From contig JBPOFY010000002.1 in the NCBI GenBank assembly GCA_051252375.1, positions 448,001-512,000 on the forward strand: a stretch of DNA of 64,000 nt, given 5' to 3'. A program made the position numbers and the translations under genes. Positions 56,248-64,000 of the stretch are shown here, one piece after another (within the stretch, counting starts at the first letter, position 1; every line of letters starts with the position of its first letter). Under the pieces are notes generated by a model that did not search any database, was not told where the DNA came from, and saw nothing but the letters and a program-made list of their open reading frames with translations. The stretch is from Opitutaceae bacterium. Lineage in GTDB: Bacteria; Verrucomicrobiota; Verrucomicrobiia; Opitutales; Coraliomargaritaceae.

Positions 56248-56329
56248 TGGAGGGTTGCGCTCCGTCGCAACCGCCGATGGTTCGACGCATTTAGGTGTTT
56301 CTGCGGCAATGACGGAGCATTGCCCTCCA
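56248..56329. repeat. GGAG-type REPIN
   Basis: Reverse complement matches 23282-23363 at 79 of 82 positions. Confidence 0.9.
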
Positions 56330-56430
56330 GATATACACTTAAAGCCACCCTCCTAAACTTCAGACCCAAAGATACAGATCAACCCGATCGACACTTGCAC
56401 CCGCACCGCACTTAAGGCTGATTCTCTTGC

Positions 56431-56661
56431 ATGCAAGAAGTCATCATCAACAAAGAGCCCATCGAATTATTCAAATTGTTAAAATTTGAAGGCCTCTGTT
56501 CCAGCGGCGGCGAAGCTAAAGCCGTCATCGCCGACGGACACGTCACGCTCAACGGAGTGGTTGAAACACAAAAGCGCAAGAAGCTGGTTTCTGGTGACAC
56601 CGTCGTGTTCAACGGCACCACCTTACAGATCCGTTTGGCAGACGCTCCCGAATCTGATTAA
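56431..56661 (+). CDS. RNA-binding S4 domain protein (YbcJ/YaaA-like)
   Basis: IELFKLLK..SGGEAK..NGVVETQKRKKL..GD. Confidence 0.9.
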   Translation: MQEVIINKEPIELFKLLKFEGLCSSGGEAKAVIADGHVTLNGVVETQKRKKLVSGDTVVFNGTTLQIRLADAPESD

Positions 56662-57626
56662 GCTTTCTCGCCTTTCACAGGCGCCTCTGCGTCTGGATTC
56701 TCGCTGTTCACTTCCATCATGGCTTCTGCCTCAGCGGCTTCGGCATCTTCGGCTTTATCAAAAGCTAGCTCTTCGGCGGTCTTTTCTTCCACGACGACAA
56801 CTGGCTTCGAATGCGCATTCTGTTTAGGAATGAATACCACACCCGCTGCTTGAGGGCGTTGATTCATAAAAGTCGGCGATACGATTTCCACGTTTGCACC
56901 GTGTAGCACATCGAGCATCGATTTCTTTAAGCGCGATCGAGTCGTCAAGATGGTTTTGATGTCCTCCAAGAACCCGGAAACTTTGTAAGTCACGGAGAAA
57001 TCACCCAACTCCAAAACATGCACATAGGGGTCTTGCAGCTCGATGGCTTTCGCAGCCTCGATCAAAAGTTTCTCTACATGGGTATGCTCTAAGTCGTATC
57101 CCAGCGATACGGTCGAAGAAACAATTGTCCCCGAGCTACGCACGACTGTGACGGGATTGGTGACTAGATACAGATTCGGGAAGGTCGTTAGATCACGGTC
57201 TTCGGTCTGAATTTCGGTGTGAAAAATCCCACGCTCCGTCACCCGACCACCCTGATCATGGATTTTGATATAATCCCCGACTCGAAAGCTACGCGTTAAG
57301 CGCAACATGGAACCGGCAAACGCATTGGCGACAAACGTTGTCGAGGACAAGGCCATCACACCCGTCAATAGCAGCCCCATCAAGCTAAGCATCTGCGCGC
57401 GCAAGGTATCACTGATCGGGAGCGCCAAAACGATTAAAACCACACCGATAATGCTAAACACCAACATCAAGACTTGAGGCACGATCTTTCGATCTGAAAA
57501 AGCATTCAGTTTCTTTCCCAACCACAACCATTGAATCACCCGCAGCGTGACCAACACCACCGTGGTGATAATAATCAACGGCAGATAATCAGGAAGTGCC
57601 GCATATATTTTATCGAGATCGAGCAT
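56658..57626 (-). CDS. Small-conductance mechanosensitive channel family protein
   Basis: Three TM helices, FRVGDYI, TEDRD..PN, IVSP. Confidence 0.85.
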   Translation of the reverse strand: MLDLDKIYAALPDYLPLIIITTVVLVTLRVIQWLWLGKKLNAFSDRKIVPQVLMLVFSIIGVVLIVLALPISDTLRAQMLSLMGLLLTGVMALSSTTFVANAFAGSMLRLTRSFRVGDYIKIHDQGGRVTERGIFHTEIQTEDRDLTTFPNLYLVTNPVTVVRSSGTIVSSTVSLGYDLEHTHVEKLLIEAAKAIELQDPYVHVLELGDFSVTYKVSGFLEDIKTILTTRSRLKKSMLDVLHGANVEIVSPTFMNQRPQAAGVVFIPKQNAHSKPVVVVEEKTAEELAFDKAEDAEAAEAEAMMEVNSENPDAEAPVKGEKA

Positions 57627-57731
57627 GTGGTATAGAGGACGGGTATTCAAAAAAAGTAGTGATCGGTAAAGTCCACCGACTACGATGACATTCACAATAA
57701 GATCACTAGAATCATTCCGACTCGATCACTT

Positions 57732-60053
57732 TTATTCATTATTCTTGATACTAAAATGCCGCAACCGTAGCGCGTTACTCACCACCGAGACGGAACTGAG
57801 TGCCATCGCTGCACCCGCGATCATCGGACTGAGTAAGATGCCGAAGAACGGATACAGTATGCCCGCGGCTAGGGGCACGCCTAGCCCATTGTAGATGAAG
57901 GCGAAGAAGAGATTTTGCCGAATGTTGCCCATCACCGCGCGGCTCAGTCGCAGGCCGCCGACGATACCACGCAGGTCGCCTTTGACCAGCGTCAGCCCAG
58001 CGCTTTCAATCGCCACGTCGGTGCCCGTGCCCATCGCGATACCGACATCGGCCGCGGCCAGCGCGGGCGCGTCGTTGATCCCGTCGCCCGCCATCGCCAC
58101 GCGGTGGCCTTGCGCCTTCAGCTCATTCACGATACGTTGTTTATCCTCCGGCGAGACTTCAGCATGCACTTCGTCGATACCGAGCTCTTTGGCGACTGCC
58201 TGCGCGGTGCGGGTGTTATCCCCCGTGCACATGACGACTGTAATACCCATGGCATGCAGCGATTCAATCGCTTCTTTAGAACTCTCTTTGATCGGGTCAG
58301 CGATGGCGATGAGCCCCAGTAGTTGTTCGCCTTTGGCCACCCAAACCACCGTCTTGGCTTCGCCCTGCAGACGCTCGGCTTCTTGCGCGAGGTCGTCAGG
58401 TATGGCGACGTCGCCTGACTCGATAAAAGCACGTTTGCCGATGCGGATCCGTGCGCCGTCCACTTGAGCTTGGACACCGCCGCCCGTGGTGCTTTCAAAA
58501 TCTGTTACCACAGGCACGGTCAAGCCATCGGCCTTCGCCTTGTCCACCACGGCCCGCGCCAGTGGATGCTCGGACTGCGATTCAATCGCAGCGGCCAAAC
58601 GTAACAGGTCTTCGACAGCGACATCTGCAGCCACTTGAATTGCCACCACCGCAGGTTTGCCCTCTGTCAGTGTGCCAGTCTTGTCGGTGATTAAATGCGT
58701 GACCTTCTCGGCCCGCTCGATCGCTTCGGCGTTCTTAACCAAGATCCCATTTTGCGCGCCCTTCCCTACGCCCACCATGATCGACATCGGCGTCGCCAAA
58801 CCCAAGGCACACGGACAGGCAATGATCAGCACGGAGAGCGCCACTACCATCGCATAAGCCATCGAAGGAGCGGGTCCGAAAATGGCCCACAACGTGAATG
58901 CCAGCACCGCGACCAAGACCACGGCAGGCACGAAATAGCCCGCCACCGAATCGGCCAACTTTTGGATCGGTGCACGACTACGCTGCGCCTGTGCCACCAT
59001 GCCGACGATTTGCGCCAGCATTGTTTCTTCGCCCACAGCTTCGGCCTCCATAATGAAGCTGCCGGTTTGGTTGACCGTCGCACCGATCACCGGATCGCCC
59101 TCGCCTTTCTGGACTGGAACAGGCTCACCTGTGATCATAGATTCGTCGATAGTGCTACTGCCTTCCAGAATCGAGCCATCCAACGGGATCTTCTCGCCGG
59201 GGCGCACCCGCAGGCGGTCACCTTTGTGAATGTCGTCGATTTCAACTTCAGATTCCTCGCCGTTTTCATCCAGCCGATGCGCAGTCTTGGCCGCGAGATC
59301 TAGCAAACTCTGTATCGCTTGACCGGTTTGACGCCGTGCGCGGGATTCCAGCCATTGACCAAACAAAATCAAAGTGGTGATGACCGCACCCGCTTCGAAA
59401 TAAAGCGCGACTTCACCATGCTGACGAAAAGACTCTGGGAAGAGCCCAGGAAACAGCACCGCAGCCACGCTGTAAGCATAGGCCGCGCCCACACCTAGCA
59501 TGATCAAGGTGAACATATTCAGGCTACGGTTGATGAGCGAGCGCCAGCCGCGGGTGAAAAACATACCGCCCGCCCAAAGGATCACTGGAGTGGCAAAGAT
59601 CAACTCCAGCCAGCCTTGCGTGCGTGGCGAAATGAAGCCTTCGAACGACAGCATTGGAATCATACTATCAAAAGCGAGCAACAGAATCGGTAAGGTCAGC
59701 ACACCCGCGACCAGCATTTTACGTTTCAAACTGCGGATCTCCTGCTCCTCTTCATCGTCCTCGCTCGTCGGAGTCATCCGCTCTAGGTCCATGCCGCACT
59801 TTGGACATTGCCCTGGCTGATCCTCTTGAATTTCCGGGTGCATCGGACAAGTCCAGACTTTGCTGGTAGTCTCCTGATAAGCCGGATTGCGTTCGAGGCG
59901 CATGCCACACTTTGGACAGTCGCCCGGCTGGTTCGATTCGACGCCCTCACACATGGGGCAGAAATACTTAGCCGAACTGGAAGGCTTCACCATGTCATCC
60001 GTATGCTCCTGCGCACAGCAGGAGTGCTTCTTTTGAGGTGTGTCGTGATGCAT
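57732..60053 (-). CDS. copA: Copper-translocating P1B-type ATPase
   Basis: Two CPM..CPKCGM domains, TGEP, CPCALG, DKTGT, YN and MALSS motifs. Confidence 0.93.
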   Translation of the reverse strand: MHHDTPQKKHSCCAQEHTDDMVKPSSSAKYFCPMCEGVESNQPGDCPKCGMRLERNPAYQETTSKVWTCPMHPEIQEDQPGQCPKCGMDLERMTPTSEDDEEEQEIRSLKRKMLVAGVLTLPILLLAFDSMIPMLSFEGFISPRTQGWLELIFATPVILWAGGMFFTRGWRSLINRSLNMFTLIMLGVGAAYAYSVAAVLFPGLFPESFRQHGEVALYFEAGAVITTLILFGQWLESRARRQTGQAIQSLLDLAAKTAHRLDENGEESEVEIDDIHKGDRLRVRPGEKIPLDGSILEGSSTIDESMITGEPVPVQKGEGDPVIGATVNQTGSFIMEAEAVGEETMLAQIVGMVAQAQRSRAPIQKLADSVAGYFVPAVVLVAVLAFTLWAIFGPAPSMAYAMVVALSVLIIACPCALGLATPMSIMVGVGKGAQNGILVKNAEAIERAEKVTHLITDKTGTLTEGKPAVVAIQVAADVAVEDLLRLAAAIESQSEHPLARAVVDKAKADGLTVPVVTDFESTTGGGVQAQVDGARIRIGKRAFIESGDVAIPDDLAQEAERLQGEAKTVVWVAKGEQLLGLIAIADPIKESSKEAIESLHAMGITVVMCTGDNTRTAQAVAKELGIDEVHAEVSPEDKQRIVNELKAQGHRVAMAGDGINDAPALAAADVGIAMGTGTDVAIESAGLTLVKGDLRGIVGGLRLSRAVMGNIRQNLFFAFIYNGLGVPLAAGILYPFFGILLSPMIAGAAMALSSVSVVSNALRLRHFSIKNNE

Positions 60054-60105
60054 GATGTAAGCTCCTTTAATTAAGTGATATTGAATTATACAGACAACGA
60101 CGCGT

Positions 60106-60615
60106 CTACTCAGCGCTCTCGACTAGCTGCTTTTCGACACTGCCACAATGCAGCATCATCGAACCATAATAAGGATTGAGCACCTTATCATTTCCCTGAA
60201 TCCAACTGCCGCCATTGCCCCCGAAAGCCATTGGGCAACGAGCCACGAATAGCGGAGTCTTGCCAGTCGTTCCGACATGTTCGACCAAGGATTGAAATTC
60301 AGTCGATAGCGCAAGGAAAGCAATACGAGCCGCTGCAATGTCTTTCGTAGCCTGAATCTGCGCCACAGACTTCCGCAAAGTAACGACAGTCGCTTTCGCA
60401 TCATCCGCTGCTGGAGCCGCAACTAGCGCAGCAAAAAATGCACCCGCAGCCTTTTGGCTCGCTGCGAGATCATCGCCAGCAAGCCTAGTTTGTATCTGCA
60501 AATACGGTTCAACCAACGTGTCGACAAATGCCGGAGTAAAGGCCTTCGAATGTGCGAAAGCGGAATGACTTAGCACAATGCTAAGCATGAGTAGGACTGT
60601 TTTTTGTAGTTTCAT
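60106..60615 (-). CDS. DUF3347 periplasmic protein
   Basis: YLQIQ.LA.DD, CPMA, W, NPYYG..ML.CG. Confidence 0.85.
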   Translation of the reverse strand: MKLQKTVLLMLSIVLSHSAFAHSKAFTPAFVDTLVEPYLQIQTRLAGDDLAASQKAAGAFFAALVAAPAADDAKATVVTLRKSVAQIQATKDIAAARIAFLALSTEFQSLVEHVGTTGKTPLFVARCPMAFGGNGGSWIQGNDKVLNPYYGSMMLHCGSVEKQLVESAE

Positions 60616-60654
60616 ATTATGTATTGGTTAAATTGATACGAAATGAATCACAGC

Positions 60655-61332
60655 TTAGTGAGCATGCTCACTGTGATCCTCGTGACCTTGAGAAGCCTCT
60701 TCCTTCACCAGATTCATACCGCAGATAGAACACTTGCCGGGAGCATCACTGGTTATTTGAGGATGCATGGGACAGACGTATGCGCCGTCGGTGTGAGCGT
60801 CTTCCGCAGAAGGTGCCGTCGCCCGTAGCGAACGAACATAACCGTAGACCGCTTGCACTTCGTCCTCCTTAAGAATACTTTTCCAGCCCGTCATCGGCGT
60901 GCCAGGCACACCGTTCTTGATAATATGTATCCGACCTTGGTCCGAATAATACGAGGAGTGTGCAGGATCGGTAAAGTCGGCTGGCTTCTGCGCGAAGACC
61001 ACGGATGCTGGTCCGTCGCCCTTGCCGCTCACGCCGTGGCAGGTCACACATGTCCTGGCATAGACTTCTTTGCCTTTGGCGATCACCACCTCACTCATCG
61101 CGGGCACCGAAACATCATACTGTTCTTTCAGTTCCGCTTTGAGTGACGCACGCACCGCATCCATATGTTGCATGTGCCCGCCGCCCGCATGCCCATGGTC
61201 GGCTTCGGCATGTTCATGGTGCCCTTCCATTTCGCTATCGTGATGGTCGGCATCTCCGCAACCAGCAAGCAGCAGACTGAGCGAGACAGTAGAGATAGCG
61301 ACAGTAGTGATCAGATAGTTTTGGATTTTCAT
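60655..61332 (-). CDS. Lipoprotein cytochrome c fused to His-rich segments and a heavy-metal-binding domain
   Basis: Lipobox LAGC, CVTCH, PGTPM, YVCPMHP..CSICGMNL. Confidence 0.85.
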   Translation of the reverse strand: MKIQNYLITTVAISTVSLSLLLAGCGDADHHDSEMEGHHEHAEADHGHAGGGHMQHMDAVRASLKAELKEQYDVSVPAMSEVVIAKGKEVYARTCVTCHGVSGKGDGPASVVFAQKPADFTDPAHSSYYSDQGRIHIIKNGVPGTPMTGWKSILKEDEVQAVYGYVRSLRATAPSAEDAHTDGAYVCPMHPQITSDAPGKCSICGMNLVKEEASQGHEDHSEHAH

Positions 61333-61333
61333 A

Positions 61334-64000
61334 TTATTCTTTGGTTGGTGGTGTTTGAGGATTGGTAAAGGCGCTGAATTTCATCTTCAGTTCTTCGAGC
61401 CAGCAGTAGAGAACTGGCACGATGAAAATCGTCAGAATGGCGAGCATCATCCCGCCAAAGGTGGGGATCGCCATCGGAATCATGACGTCCGCACCGCGCC
61501 CAGTGGAACTGAGCACGGGCAAGAGTGCCAGAATCGTGGTGGCACTGGTCATCATGGCAGGACGCACACGACGCACACCCGCTTCGACTGTGGCAGCTCG
61601 AATCGCTTCTCTCGTCTTCGGTTGCTGCCGCTTGAAAGTTTGCTGCAGATAGGTGCAGACGATCACGCCATTATCCGTCGCGATACCGAAGAGCGCAAGA
61701 AACCCTACCCAGACCGCGACACTCAAATTGATCGTGCCCATACCGAAGAGATGCCGCAGGTTATGATCAAATAATTCGAAGTTCAGAAACCACGGCTGTC
61801 CATAGAGCCAGATCATAATAAACCCGCCGGACCAGGCGAAAAGGATGCCAGAAAAAACAAGAATTGTGGTGCTGATACGCTTAAACTGGAAGTAAAGGAT
61901 CAGCCAAATCGCGAACAGTGCAATGGGGAGCACAACCCTCAGCTTCTTCTCTGCCCGGATTTGATTCTCATAGCTCCCGGTAAATTTGTAGCTGACCCCG
62001 GCGGGAATGTTAAATTCCCCCGAGTCAATTTTGCTTTGTAGATAGGCCTGTGCCTGTTCGACTACCTCAACTTCGGCATAACCTTCGCGTTTGTCGAAAA
62101 TCACATAGCCGACGAGGAAGGTGTCCTCACTTTTGATCACCTGTGGACCACGAACATAGTTAAGTCCGGCTAGCTCTCGTAAGGGAATTTGCGTGCCATC
62201 CGGTGCCGCAACCAAGATGCCCTCAATTGACTCGATCGTATCACGCAGCTCCCGCTGATAACGAACCCGCACAGGGTAACGCTCGCGACCTTCGAAAGTC
62301 ATCGTCACCGGCTTACCTCCGATGGCGACTTCGATCACATCCTGCACCATCGCAATCTTGATCCCGTAGCGAGCGATCGCATCTCGGTCGATATCTATCT
62401 CTAAATACGGCTTACCTACGATACGATCCGCGAGCACTGCTTCCGCTTGAATTGAAGGCACTTGTTTCAAATATCCTTCAATATCAAGAGCGACTTTTTC
62501 CAGTGTTTCCAAATCAGGTCCATATACCTTCAGCCCCATCGGAGCACGCATACCACTTTGTAGCATCACAATACGAGCGGCTATCGGTTGAAGCTTCGGC
62601 GCAGAAGTCGTGCCGGGAATCGATGCCGCTTTTATGATCTCATCCCAAATATCATCGGGAGATTTGATCTCGTCGCGCCACTGCCGGAATGGACGACCGT
62701 CTTCATCTAGTATCAGATTTCCAGATACATCATATGCATACGCCTCTTCAGATGAATCATATTCAAATGTGAGAATATGCCCGTCGTCATCGGTGATGTA
62801 TTCAGACTTATAATTGATGATGGTCTCGATCATCGAGATCGGTGCGGGATCGAGTGGACTTTCAACTCGCCCAAGCTTACCCACCGCCAACTCGACCTCG
62901 GGAATCGCGTTGATCGCCATGTCCTGTTTACGCAGCACATCCATCACCTCACCAATCGAAGCATGCGGCATAGTCGTCGGCATAAGGAGATAAGACCCCT
63001 CATCCAGGTCCGGCATAAATTCCTTACCGAGTCCCGGCACTTGGTGCATCGCTAGACTGTAAGGCTTGGTCCCTTTGACAACCTCTGGCAACCATCCAAA
63101 AACGGCGCTCCAGCCCAACCAAACAGTCATCCCGAAAACAACGATCAAGGAACTGCAGCCAAGGAATAGTAGTTTAAAACGAAGCAGCACTGCAAGTAAC
63201 TGACCGTAATATTTAATAAACAACAAGAAGGTCCCCAGCAGTCCACCGACCGCGAGAAAGACAAATACAACATTGGCAATATCACGCTCAGGACCGAGCG
63301 GTTTCCAGTCGCCGGCCAAGACGACCGCTACGGTTAGAGCGACGATCAAGTTAAAGACAACAACCACGTATTTCCGGATGATTGCCGGGATTTTTAGCTG
63401 TGTAAGATTATACACCGCAGATCCGACCATGATCAGCCCCAACCACCACGGAAACCATGTGAGCAGAAAAGGTCCCACAACACCTGCCAATGCGATCGTC
63501 AGCCAAAGGGTAAGTTTACTCCATCGGGAACTGTGTCGTCCCGCGATCAACCAATGCGCGAGCGGAGGAATAATCGTCAATGCGACAACAATTGAACCGA
63601 TGAGCGCGAAGGTCTTCGTATAGGCGAGCGGCTGGAAAAGTTTTCCTTCGGCAGCCTCCATGGTGAAAACGGGCAGGAAGCTGACCACGGTCGTCATAAC
63701 AGCCGTCACCACTGCTCCACCGACTTCCGAACAGGCGCGATAGACCACCTCGAGACGATCTTCACCCGGATCAGCCGTATCGAGATGTTTCAGAATATTC
63801 TCCACCAACACCACACCCATATCGACAATCGTGCCAATCGCGATGGCGATACCAGAGAGTGCCACCACATTGGCATCTACCCCGAAGAGCTTCATTCCAA
63901 TAAAAGCAAACAGCACCGCGAGCGGTAGCACGCCCGAGATGAGCGCCGCACTGCGTAAGTGCATCACCATCAGAACCACCACAATGATCGTCACCAGAAT
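61334..64000 (-). CDS. cusA: CusA/CzcA family heavy-metal efflux RND permease, 5' end outside window
   Basis: AIAIGTIVD, EGKLF.PLAYTK, FMP.LDEG, RVRPAMMT. Confidence 0.9.
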   Translation of the reverse strand: MLVTIIVVVLMVMHLRSAALISGVLPLAVLFAFIGMKLFGVDANVVALSGIAIAIGTIVDMGVVLVENILKHLDTADPGEDRLEVVYRACSEVGGAVVTAVMTTVVSFLPVFTMEAAEGKLFQPLAYTKTFALIGSIVVALTIIPPLAHWLIAGRHSSRWSKLTLWLTIALAGVVGPFLLTWFPWWLGLIMVGSAVYNLTQLKIPAIIRKYVVVVFNLIVALTVAVVLAGDWKPLGPERDIANVVFVFLAVGGLLGTFLLFIKYYGQLLAVLLRFKLLFLGCSSLIVVFGMTVWLGWSAVFGWLPEVVKGTKPYSLAMHQVPGLGKEFMPDLDEGSYLLMPTTMPHASIGEVMDVLRKQDMAINAIPEVELAVGKLGRVESPLDPAPISMIETIINYKSEYITDDDGHILTFEYDSSEEAYAYDVSGNLILDEDGRPFRQWRDEIKSPDDIWDEIIKAASIPGTTSAPKLQPIAARIVMLQSGMRAPMGLKVYGPDLETLEKVALDIEGYLKQVPSIQAEAVLADRIVGKPYLEIDIDRDAIARYGIKIAMVQDVIEVAIGGKPVTMTFEGRERYPVRVRYQRELRDTIESIEGILVAAPDGTQIPLRELAGLNYVRGPQVIKSEDTFLVGYVIFDKREGYAEVEVVEQAQAYLQSKIDSGEFNIPAGVSYKFTGSYENQIRAEKKLRVVLPIALFAIWLILYFQFKRISTTILVFSGILFAWSGGFIMIWLYGQPWFLNFELFDHNLRHLFGMGTINLSVAVWVGFLALFGIATDNGVIVCTYLQQTFKRQQPKTREAIRAATVEAGVRRVRPAMMTSATTILALLPVLSSTGRGADVMIPMAIPTFGGMMLAILTIFIVPVLYCWLEELKMKFSAFTNPQTPPTKE

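Noticed and set aside
57732..64000. Copper cluster as a mobile island
   Set aside because: No integrase, transposase, tRNA or boundary repeat visible; the other end is outside the window

Overview
A 64-kb bacterial chromosomal window. Gene content and order suggest Verrucomicrobiota/Opitutales (Coraliomargarita-like); this is an inference. Housekeeping genes include a U32 hydroxylase with ferredoxin, hflX, a family-4 UDG, mcsA-mcsB-clpC, ilvE, acs, hisF, uvrB, an FKBP, opp genes, rpiB, clpP and dinB. There is a respiratory operon joining alternative complex III (actABCDEF) to a cbb3-type oxidase, a Phd/PIN toxin-antitoxin pair, and a copper-resistance cluster running off the right edge. The most unusual feature is a five-gene minus-strand operon (4870-9854). 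It encodes a 7-TM protein that aligns by eye to proteorhodopsin but lacks the retinal-binding lysine, a Ser/Thr kinase with several catalytic acidic residues replaced (probable pseudokinase), an orphan ParA ATPase and two unknown proteins. Also notable: a solitary integron-type cassette (1538-2312) whose attC recombination point falls inside a REP arm, a GxxExxY nuclease gene bracketed by inverted repeats with a gene-less relative nearby, and many REP/REPIN and short-period inverted-repeat elements. I saw no rRNA, tRNA, CRISPR array, integrase or transposase. All calls come from manual motif reading; no searches were run.
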